NCBI GenBank assembly: GCA_023213395.1
Contig: CM041465.1
Location: 48,739,741-48,803,740, forward strand
Direction: 5' to 3'
Length of the DNA stretch: 64,000 bases
Origin: Cycas panzhihuaensis
Taxonomy: Eukaryota; Plantae; Cycadophyta
A program made the position numbers and the translations under genes. Positions 53,032 to 64,000 of this stretch are shown here, one piece after another. The stretch's first letter is position 1, and the number at the start of each line of letters is the position of its first letter. The notes beneath the pieces were generated by a model. It saw only the letters and a program-made list of their open reading frames with translations. It was not told the origin of the DNA and searched no databases.

Positions 53032-54876
53032 ATTCTGGTAATTCAAACATCAAATTCCCAACCTGACTGGAAGAGTGCCCTTCACGCTTGGACACAGTGC
53101 CATCGTCAACATGAGTTATGTCTACACTCTCTATTTCGACCACGTTACGGGCATAACGACGCAAGGGAAAGGCGCAACGTGACGGTCGGTGGCGTCTGAG
53201 ATGGCGGCGTGACCCCATGCCTTAGTAATTTATGTTTTTTTCTTTTATTTTAAATATTTTTTTACATTTGGCGCAATCATTTGATGCGTTGATCGATCGA
53301 TCATTGATCGATCTCACCGTAATAAGCGGCTGATCACAATGACAACAAGAACCTTTGATTTTAAAAATTTAAAATTTTTTTTCTTTTAATAAAATTTTAA
53401 AAAATTTAATCATATTATATAAAATTTTCAAACCCGGGGTGTAAAGAGCCTAACCCCCTCTTGAGCCTCAGTCTCCAGTCCCATTTAGTCACTACGTGAC
53501 TGTCAGGGATCATTAAAGGGGCCAACACCTTTATAAACCTTTTTTTCTTTTTATTTTTTATTTTTAAATTTTTTATCCTACATAGGGTTACTCACAAATT
53601 TTTGCCATAACTCCTCACAGGCTTATCAGTTTCTAATGAAACTAGTTTCATTATGTCAAAAATTTTCTGTAGATTGATTTCGACTGGTCATATGACCAAT
53701 TTGATGCTGATTTGATCCCGTTTCAGTCGATTTAAAGTCAATTAGTCATTTTTTTAGCAATTTTTAAACTTTTACAAAATTATTTTTTGAACTGATTATA
53801 TTTTATTACCGGGTGACTATTTTATATCCACGTTTGTTCTAAAGTGATCTACGTTCAACAAAATTTATTACTCATTTTTTATTTTAATTTTTAAAATTTA
53901 TTTTGATCACTATTTTAATCGCCGAAAGTGGCACTTTAGTAGTTTTCAGTATTTTTCTTAACATTTTACCATAAAGGTACCTGTTGCCATTTCTACTATA
54001 ACTTCTCTGTTTTATATCAGAATTCAGTCCCGTCAGTTTCGTTGGGAAACTAACTCAATTCTCTTTGATATGACATAGTTTTTTATACGTTTTAACATAC
54101 TGTTACTGATTTTCAAATTGCTCAAAGTAGAGGTACCTAATTGTCTCCAACCTGCCATTTTTACACATTTATATATATATTTCTCAAAATTTTTTAGCTG
54201 AAAGTATATTGATTAGTCTTTTAAACAATATTTTATTATTTTTCAACATTTTATAAAGTTTTCTTAGCAATTTTATGCTTTTTGGAGCTCCTTGCTCCTG
54301 TTAGGCCTTAAAAGGAGGTCTATACATTTGAATAATTCAAATTTGACTTGTAGGAACCCGTTTTCAAAATGGATAGTTCCATTGGATAGATATTTTATTA
54401 ATTTTCATATTGGTGAAGTTTCATATTATTCTAACATCGTTTAGTATATTTTTGAAGCAACCAAACTTGAGGTTATCCTTTAAATCTTCTTTTAAAATGT
54501 TTCTTCATACTCCTTATCTTTCAAAGTAAAATATACATATATTTCAGTTTTTTTTAGTATTATATATTATCATCAAGGCTAAGAATTTATTTCATTAAAA
54601 ATTTATATTTATTCATTTGAAGAAAATCAAAAGGTTAAGGATTATTTCTTTTATCATCAAAGTTACATTTTATATTTGTATTGCTAAAAGGATCTTTATT
54701 ACATGCAAATTTGCTTATATATCCATCATTTCCTTACTGTGTCTAGTTGATTGACTTTCCAAAGTGCATTACATTTCTTTTGAAAAATATATTTGACATC
54801 ATATAAGTTTAGTCACTTATTGGCTTTATTTGATTTGATAAAAGTATACTTTTTATACTAAAGTTTTCTTAATAAA

Positions 54877-55680
54877 ATGACACAATTTCCTATATTCAAT
54901 GAATATAATTTTTCGTAATGGTATAGGACTATGCAAGACTATTTTATTGAACATGATCTTCTCAAATATTTACAACATGAATGTAATTTCAGTATTAAAG
55001 AAAATTTTAGAAAAGATAATGAAACATTAGGTTTATTATTTTGTAGTATGAATGATGATGTTTTTTCAAAGATTTCTGTATTAACTACTTCTAAATCAGT
55101 TTAGGATATATTGATTTCTACTTATGGGTGAGATACCCTCTATGTATTTGATGATATTTTTGATGAGCATATGATGCAGGTGACAGAACAAGTGAATCAT
55201 AATAACAACAACCATGAAGATTCAGATCAAATATAGGACTAACTTGCTATACAAGTACATGATTCTCCATTTGAAGGGGAGAATGAATCTTATGACATGA
55301 TGGAAAATGAATCTTATGATATGATGAAGAATGAATCTTATGATATGACGAAGAATGAATCTTATGATATAACAAAGAATGAACTTGATAATATAACAGT
55401 TGTTCATAACATAAAGACTACAAAAGATAAAGTTCAAGTTCAAAGCCTTCTTAATGTTTCAATTGATAAAGTCAAAATTACATCTATTCATCTACATTTG
55501 AATCAAGTTTCATCTACTTATAGTTTCTTTACATCATTCCATGGTAAAGAGACATATGTGGCTATAAGGATGAGAAGAGTTGATAAAGATCAAGATCATA
55601 ATTTCAAAGTTTTTTTCAAATACAAGTTCCATAAGTTTAAGGAGAAAATACAAGTGTTCGTGATGATCATTAAGGGGGAG
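54877..55680 (+). pseudogene. Element D ORF: Copia Gag N-terminal half fused to an acidic repeat region
   Basis: MTQFPIFNEYNFS*WYRTMQDYFIEHDLLKYL...KDNETLGLLFCSMNDDVFSKISVLTTSKSV*DILISTYG. In frame with ORF 55297; 24-bp repeat NESYDMMK x4-5 at ~55281-55400. Confidence 0.75.
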
Positions 55681-57420
55681 AATGTTGGAGTTAATCATAA
55701 TCACTCCACTCCCACCTTCCAACCAGGATTGTATACCTCATCAACCTCATTTTACACATGTGGGTGTTCAACATGTGTAGGTAAGCTAATGTTAATTTGA
55801 GTTAGTTTCATTTGAGTTAAGTTATCATTATTTTATTATTAATTTAAATTACAGGGGTTGAGGAGTTTCCCTCCTCCCCTAAAATTATAAATATTGAGGG
55901 GTATACAATCCTGGTGCTTTTAGACACCACATTCATTTGGGAAATTTGTAATGCTCACTTCTCACAATGGATTGAATATAGAAATTTCATGGTTTATGCT
56001 ACATTACAACATTGATGTATTGAAGATTTGTATTATTGTATTGATCTATTGAAGTTTATTCTATGTTCTGCCCTGTTCTCCTACAATATTATTTCTAACA
56101 TTTGGTATCAGAGCTTAGTTTAGTTCCATATTATTTCCAACATTTGGTGTCAGAGCTTAGTTTAGCTCCATATTATTTCCAACATTTCATATCAGAGCAA
56201 TACAATAATCATCACATATTCAACAATTCATCCTCATAACATACATAGAATCCATATTTCTACGTAACTCTTATTTTATTAAGCAATAAGTCCTTGTACA
56301 AAAGGTGCTGGAATGCATTCTCTGTGTATTCCAGCCACATACACTATTGTTGTCACATGCATACCGGAAAGGTACACATCAATATACAAGGCTTAGGCTG
56401 CAGTCATACGTACTAGTCTCTATACCAATATGTGTCTGAATACTTGGCTCTCACCCTGGAGAGTATACCATAGGATTGAATCACTGAGCTCTCACACTGG
56501 AATGGTCCTCAAAGCATCATTAAATATGTCCCTTTGATGCCTTTTGGGTTAAAGGTTATGACCCAAAGTCATAACCATACATTTTTATCACCAAGGTACC
56601 CTTTCATTTTAACACTTGATTAAATCCCCTTAATGGTATTTTTCTGATCCGTACATCCGTACATATGTCCTTTTGGGCTGACGTCATCATTTCTGGGTAC
56701 CTTTGAGTCAGAAATCTGCAAGTGTACCAAAAATGGTATGCATCCTATAATGCATACCCAAAAGGTACGTAACTAGGTATGTATCTGTCATACGTACCTA
56801 AATTACATATTTTCCACCTTTTTCCACTATGCGTACCTCTGTATAGTCCGTACCTTCATTCCTCTGGTCAATACAAGCATGTATTCCATCTTCGTCAAGG
56901 TTTATGTGTCAAAATATATCCTAACAATGAGTGCCAACATAAATTCTAGTAATTGATACTTAAAATCCATATAAAAAAATTTAAAGTTTTTGTGACCTAA
57001 GGCTTAGTTTTTCAACTAAGAAATTCATACACTAAGAATATTCTTAAAAAAAAGAAAAGAAAAAATGAGAGGATATTGTCCGTTTAAAAGAAATATCCAT
57101 TTTTTAAATTGGATGTACTTAAGGTTGTGGCTTTAAGATATAATGAGCATTTATATTATTTTTTGTCCTTTTTCTCTTAAACTTGTTAAAAGTACTAGTC
57201 TGTATATATGGCGTCAACATCTATTTCTTTTAAGGAAGATGAGACTACCACTATAAAGTTAGAGACAACAAATCATTCACAACAAGAAGGCATGCTCACA
57301 TCTATTTATTATTATTTTTTATGGGATGTGATCTAGACTAGGAATCATTCTATAATACTAGTTATGGTGGCAACATTAGCTTGCAAAAATGTATGGGTGA
57401 AACATTGTTAGAATTAGAGA

Positions 57421-60400
57421 TGTTAGAGTGGCTAAGTGTTAACCTCATAGTTAATTAATGTAAATATGGTTAATTAGTACATTGATTAGTTAAATGGTCA
57501 TGATTAATGAAAAGTCACATATCTTTAGATGGACACACCATATGGTTTTAAACATATACCAATCCCTAGGTTGGATGTATCATCTCATTGTGGTGTGATC
57601 AATGTAATGATTGATTTGGCTTAGTGGGTCTTTTCATAAAAGGATTTCCCCATGTATAGTGAGCATATTGTTCTTTATTATTTGATGCTTGCTATGTATG
57701 CTAAAGATTTGCATGTATGTTGTGCATATTAAACCATTCACAATCTTTACATGGTACCGAACCATAGAGGAAGTTTAAGAGGGAGACAAAAGTCATTTAA
57801 AGTCATACAAGGGAGAAGTTTAGGCTTTTACATTCGTGAAGGCTTTGTGATGAATTGGTGACTATTGAAAATCAAATTTTCCTATGTAGAGAAGTTGTAT
57901 GATATACTTGCTATAGTGTTGAAGTGAGTAGAATCAAATTTAGGTCAGTTAATGTGATTTGAATCAATTTTTGTGTGTGGAAGGTCATCATCTAAGTAGC
58001 ACATTTAGAGCTGCAACAACTCACAAAAAGGTCACAATCGAGTTTTATCAAATTTAAGTTATTACAAGCAATGGCAAATCCCACAAAGCAGTGGCAACAG
58101 TTGGGTGAATATGCCCTTTAACATATTCAAAATCATTTCAAATTCAAGGAAAAGATGGGAAGCTTTGTTTTGAAATCATCCCTCCAAATTTACTTATCAT
58201 TTCATCATTTTTCTAAGTGATTTATGATTTTTTTTTGGAGGAAGTGAATTTTGTGTGAAGTATTTCATTTAGACTTGTTATTTTAAAGCTGATAATGTTT
58301 TGTTTTGGTTTATTATTTACCATTTGAAGCTATTCTAGAGGGTTACTTGGTGTGTTTTGGCAACCTGTTTATGGTGGGTGCAAATGCATTGAGCCCTGAG
58401 CCTATGCAAATTTGGTAGTAGTGAAGATATACACTTAAAACCATTAAAATATTGTATTTTTTAGTGAATTGTTGATGAATGGAGATTGAACAATATGTAA
58501 AGTGTTACCTAATTAAATAAACATCAAGTAGTTTGGAATAAAAGACCCATTTATAAGCTCATTTCTCATGATGGATAAGCTGATGCCCTGAGTTATCTTC
58601 AATAGGAACAACTTCAGTGAGTGGAAGGCAAACAGAGAGTTGGTGTTGATAGTGAGTCAAATATGTATCATCATCAAAGACAAGTTATTGGCCATTTCAT
58701 TGGATGAAAATAAGAGAACTTGTATGGAAAGGAAGTTGTTTATAGATGTGGGACTATTGAAGTTATTTCTGACACTAGACTAGAGGGCTCTAGTCCACAA
58801 CCCAAAGAAACCAAATGAAATTTGGGTAAAATTATTTGAAACATTTGAGAAGAAGAAGATAAATTGTTATGTTGCTTTGATGATGGAGCTTCTTAACACC
58901 ATAATAGAAGACACAAGTAATAGAAGCACCTACTTGAATAAGATAAAGGATTTGAGGAACAAACTAGAGGAGGTAAAACTTGACTTAGTGGATGATGCAT
59001 TGTTGTTTACAATAATCATGCCAAAACTATTGGTAACATTTATCTTTCAAACCATCTATGTAAAGGATGAAGTAATAGAGGGTGAATCATTTGAGTTATT
59101 GAAGAATCTCATTTTAGTCAAGGAAATTGAAGCACTATAATAATTCCAAATTCATCTATCTTAGTCACAGAGACATATATGAGAGATGATGTTCATGAGG
59201 GAAAGTGTACATAAAAATTAGGAGAAGCATCTTAGGGGAAGAAGAAGTTTATCAGTAAATGTAACTATTATAAGAATGATGTCCACTTGTAGAAGAGTTA
59301 TTGGTTTAACGGGCAAGATAAACGGAAAGCAAACTAGGATGATAAGGGGAAGGGTATTACCACTTATTATGTAGAAGTGTCATCCTTATCAATTGAATCA
59401 AATCAAAGAGATTATTGGATTTTGGACTTAGGTACATAGAGAAACATCTCTTTTTAGAAGCAAAACTTTGATGCATAGAATGATAGTCCTAGTGATGTAA
59501 AATTCATTCTTGGGAATGCAAGTGTGGTGCTTATTCAGGGTGTTAGCATTATTTTACTTACAAATGGAAAATTTAAGGGACTGTACTATATACTTAAAAT
59601 GAAAAAGAATCTTCTATCAACCTGAGAGATACACAAACAAGGTATGAAGGTTGAGCTCTTTAAATACAAATGCTTAATTAAGGATCCAAGGAAAAAATTC
59701 TTTGTCATTGCTACTAGAAGAGTGAAAGATGATTTTTTGATGTTCTAGAAGTTTGACTCTCATAATCAAATTAATGCTTTTATTGTTAGTATAGATGGTG
59801 TGAACAAACAATGGTATAAACACCTTGGTCACCTTAATTATAAAAGCATTAAACTTATAAATCGTTTGAATATATTGGAAGGATTACCCTAATGTTTCTT
59901 GTTCAAGGGGTATATGTAAAGGATGCACTTATGGGAAGCATCATTGCTATCCTTTTGCTTAGGATTGTGCTTAGAGAGTTACGAAGAAGCTAGAGCTTAT
60001 ATATATTGATTTGATTAGTCTTCTTTTAAACACTTCTATATCTAGAGCTTGCTATACTTTGGTGTTTGTAGACAACTATACTAAGAAGGCTTGGGTATAT
60101 TTTCTGAAGAGTAAGTTTGAAGTATTTGATTGCTTTCGAGAATGAAAGATATATGTCAAGAATGAGTGTGATATGAAAATTAAGATTTTGAGGAGTGATA
60201 ATGATAAGGAGTACATTAATCGTGCCTTTAATAAATTCTACTTGGATCATGGTATTAAATAGGAACTAACTATCCCCTACATCCAACAATGAAACAATGT
60301 TGTTAGGAGAAAAAAAATCATACCATAATAGAAATGGAAAGGTGTATGGTGTATACAAAGAACTTGCCACCTATGTTTTGGGTAGAAGTTCTTGGGATTA

Positions 60401-62943
60401 TCGTTGATATCCTAAATAGGATATCGATAAAGGCAGTTTGTGGCATGACTCTTGAAGAGAATTGAGATGGTCCTAAACCTACTATTGACCATTTAAAGAC
60501 CTTTGGATGCATTTCATATGAATACATCCTAAATGAAGATAAAAAAAAGTTAGATTATAAGAGTTTTAAGTGCATATTTATGGGGTATTTAAATCATAAT
60601 AAAGTTTATAGACTAGAAAATCCATAGGGAAGAAAACCTTGCTATTAGTTAGGTCTCAAAGTTTGATGAGTCTAAGACATGTCGTGCTAAAAATACATTA
60701 TCTTAAAAAACCTTTTACTCCCCACTACTTTCATTTCTTGTTGGTATTTCATTAGTAACAAAGGTTGAGGAATAAGCCACTATGATTCAAAAGGAAGAAG
60801 GATCAAGTGGAGAAGGTGATAATGAGGAGTTATGACATGAGTAGGCACCAATAACATCAAATGCTTCGATGTCATTGTGGGCTAGGATGACCATTGAGGA
60901 TTCAAGTGTGACACTACAAAAACTTACAGATGAATGATGAATGATGAATGAGGAGCCAACGTGCTAATTAAACTTTGATGGTTAACACCATGAACTTCCA
61001 AGCCCCTACTTCATATGATGAAGCAAAATATGATCCTTATTTGAAGGCTTCTATGGAGAAGGAATTTTGTTTTTTGATTAGAAATGCCATATGGGTGTTG
61101 GTTCTATTGCCTCCTAAGAAAAACCTTGCTAGTTGTAAGTGAGTTTATAAGACCAAGTTTTACTCCAATGGAATGCTAGATAATTATAAGGTGAGACTTG
61201 TTGCATAAGGGTTTAAGTAGAAAGAAGGGATCGATTATGACAAGATATTTGCACCAGTCTCTAAGATGATAATGGTTAATTTAATCCTTTTATTGGCAAC
61301 AAAACATAGCTGTGAGTTACACTAAATGAATATGAAATTAACATTCCTTAATAGAGAGTTGAAATTGGAGATTAACATGGCACAACCTCTAAGTTTTATT
61401 TAAAAAAGACAAGCATCTTGTATGCTGTTTGAAAAAATAATTTTATGGACTAAAGCAAGCACCATGTGCTTAATACACTAAAAATGATGCTAGATTAAAA
61501 GAAGAGGGATTTTTTACCACATACCTAGAGCTAAATTTATTTATTCAAAGGAGAGAAACTCCAATAGTAGTTATTATGTTGTACATTACTAATTTTTTCA
61601 TTACTGGCAATTGGAATAAGACTATTATGGGAATAAAATCTAATTTAGAAGAAACTTTTAACATGACAAATCTTGAGACTCTACACTACTTCTTGGGCAT
61701 TGAGGTAAGGTAGATGAAAGGTAAAATTTTTGTGTCATAAATAAAACATGCGAAGAGCTTTGTTAAGAAGTTTAAGATAGAGGGCTGTGAATTTGTTAGA
61801 ACACCATGCACCAATGACACTAAGCTCATGAAAGATATGCATAAACCTGCAATAGATAGAACATTATATAAATAATTGGTAGGGAATCTCTTCTACTTGA
61901 CTCATAATAAGCCAAGTATTATATACACTATTGGGTTGGTTTTTTACTACATGTAGGTGCCTAAGAACTATGTTGGGTTACCATGAAAAGGATTTTGAGG
62001 TATGTGAAGGGAATTTTATATGTTAGTTTGGAATACCTTTGACATACAAAAACATAGCTAGTTGGATATATTGGTGTTGATTGGGATGGAGATGTCAATG
62101 ATTATAAGTCCATAGTTGGATGCATTTTTCGTATTGGTAATGAACCTATTTCATGGTAGTCCAAGAAGTAAAAGATAATCACATTATCTTCCAATGAGGT
62201 TGAGTATCAAGGTCTATCTATTAGTGCAAGGGGTGTTGTATGGTTGCAAGGACTACTTGATATTTTGGCAATATAAAGCGGTATGTCAATCATACTAATT
62301 GATAATTAGAATACCATTTATTTGTCAAAGAATCTAGAGTCCCATGCCTATATGAAGTATATAAAGATGAAATACCATTATATTTATGAGTAGATTCAAG
62401 TAGAGAAGTTGTAGATTGAGGACTATATGAGCAAAGATTAACTTGAAAATGTATTTATAAAGGTAGTTATTGAAGATCAATTCATAAAGCTTTGAACTAA
62501 GTTGGGACTTCGTGAAATTATCCTTGAGGGAGGATGTATCAACAAGGATAATTCTTGCCTTCACCTAAAGATTTCTAACTGAAGCCTAATTCATCATATT
62601 TCTATTAAGAGGGCATGTTAGAGTGGCTAAGTGTTAACCACATAATTAATTAATATAAATGTGGTTAATTTGTGAGTTAATTAGTTGAATGACCATGATT
62701 AACAAAGAGTCACATCTTTTTAAATAGATGTACCATGTGGATTTAAATATATACCAAGCCCTAGGTTGGATGTATCATCTCATTGTGGTATAATCAATGT
62801 AATACTTGATTCAACTTGGTAGATTTTTTCTTGAAAGGATTTTTCCATGTATATCTAATGCATTATTCTTTATTATTTGATACTTGTGTATGCTAAAGAT
62901 TTAGATGTATGTTGTGCATGTTAAACCATTCACAATCTTAAGA
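57421..62943 (+). mobile_element. Old full-length Ty1/Copia element F
   Basis: LTRs at 57421-57751 and 62616-62943, strongly diverged. TSD AGAGA at 57416-57420 and 62944-62948. Decayed PBS tggtaccgaacc; PPT taagagggca. Decayed gag, integrase, RT and RNase H in Copia order. Confidence 0.9.
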
Positions 62944-62948
62944 AGAGA

Positions 62949-63500
62949 TAAATTTCATAACAAAAATGAATACGAGATCTCTCTTAGATATAATTAATCT
63001 ATCCCTAAAATATACCTTTTGAACACTCATCAAACATTGTACATTGATGTTACATTATAAATATAAATAATTGCATAACGAGAAATGAGTAGTTGGTTAC
63101 ACACATGTGCCTCACATGAGTGTGACTTCCCAACCAACTTAGCAATCAACAAATTATAATGTTAATATTATTTTAATAATATTATAGCACTTCCATTAAA
63201 TATTTACATCATTAATCCTAACACTTATCCCATCCATGAACTTTTGGAATATATCCCAAGATAAAGGTTTAGTAAGGATATTTTCTAGTTATTCTTCTAT
63301 AGGCTTGTAAATAAGCTTGATGTAACCATTTAAGATCAACCCCTTAATGAAATGACAATGTACTTTGATATACTTAGAACATTCATGAAATATTAGATTC
63401 TTAGCTAACTTCAACATCCTCTAGTTGTCATAGTACAAAGTCACTGTATCCTCTTGATGTAAATCTATATTATTAAGAATTTGTTTAAGCCAAATGGTTT
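62949..63500 (-). mobile_element. Copia G: RNase H end plus 3' LTR (LTR probably 57406-63223, split by F)
   Basis: Minus-strand TLYYDN*RMLKLAKNLIFHECSKYIKVHCHFIK. LTR end cctaaca at 63223; tgttagaatt at 57406 just left of F's TSD. Confidence 0.65.
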
Positions 63501-63769
63501 CTAAGGTTGTTATAACTGCAACCTTATTGTTAATACAAGAAATACATATTTTTGATGTCATGAAATTTGTTCTTAGGACTAAAGCGGTCTATTTCTTTAT
63601 TCAAATTATAAATATTAATTTGTTATACCCTTTAAGGGTATATTTTGGCTAAAAGTTTGTTTAGTTAATAAGATCCTTTAAGAATGGGTTGTTGGGTTTT
63701 ATTCAACTTGTTGCCCTTCAATTTGTTATTATTCTCTTACTATTCTCTTATTCATAACCCTTCTCTTTA

Positions 63770-64000
63770 TGTTAAGAAACATAAATAAACACATACATAT
63801 TTACATTTATAGAATCTTTCACCATACACAATAAGCAAATAAGATATACATAGAAAATAGTTACATAGCACACATGATTTATGTAGGAAACCCTTTTGGG
63901 AAAAAACCTACCACAAAAATCTATTGATTATATTGATTACCACTTGCTTGATATGAATATACATGGGCTCTAGGATTTTATAGCCTTCTAAGAGGTGTCA
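63770..64000 (-). mobile_element. Start of another Copia-type LTR (reverse orientation), runs out of window
   Basis: Starts tgttaag. atgtaggaaaccc..aaaaaacctaccacaaaa resembles the reverse complement of the LTR motif at ~15815-15860. Confidence 0.5.

Larger units (their letters stand above)
49345..56197 (+). mobile_element. Non-autonomous LTR element D with antisense captured-gene array
   Basis: 5' LTR 49345-49831 (first 53 bp also at 42983-43035) and 3' LTR 55683-56184. PBS tggtatcagag at 49834; PPT taagggggagaa before 55683. No pol. Inserted in the LTR of A without a clean TSD. Confidence 0.92.
32969..56926 (-). mobile_element. Non-autonomous Ty3/Gypsy element A (family related to H), host of nested B, C and D
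   Basis: TSD ATGAG at 32964-32968 and 56927-56931. Left LTR 32969-38574 (split by B). Right LTR starts at 42836 (duplicated at 49198) and resumes at ~56198-56926. PBS-like TTGGTTCTGTTGCC resembles the tRNA-Asp type TGGCGCCGTTGCC. Confidence 0.92.

Overview
AT-rich land-plant genomic DNA. The heavy LTR-retrotransposon load and strong CpG/CHG decay suggest a large, gymnosperm-like genome (inference). There is one intact host gene, a two-exon Core-2/I-branching (DUF266, GT14-like) glycosyltransferase at 19219-22942. It sits in a TE-poor island (~16-28 kb) that also holds an unexplained CpG-rich block at ~26.1-27.2 kb. The rest is nested LTR retrotransposons, which could largely be resolved from LTR pairs, PBS, PPT and TSDs. 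Left stack: a gypsy element (330-~11130) interrupted by a full-length Copia (4555-9980, TSD TAGGC). Right stack: gypsy element A (32969-56926, TSD ATGAG) carries B in one LTR and D in the other, and chromovirus C sits inside D's LTR. An old Copia F lies at 57421-62943 (TSD AGAGA). Most interesting are two members (E at 11667, D at 49345) of one LTR family; no pol is seen in complete D or in the surviving part of truncated E. Each carries, at the same internal position and always antisense to the element, a different head-to-tail chain of host coding fragments. D carries PPR, Shaker K+ channel, CAS/exportin-2, SEC6 and Deg9-type protease; E carries TH2 and WDR5. The fragments are joined at short microhomologies and flanked by a conserved stem-loop/TATA-like module. 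Protein assignments come from my own translation and recall of family motifs, not from database searches. Divergence values are by-eye counts.
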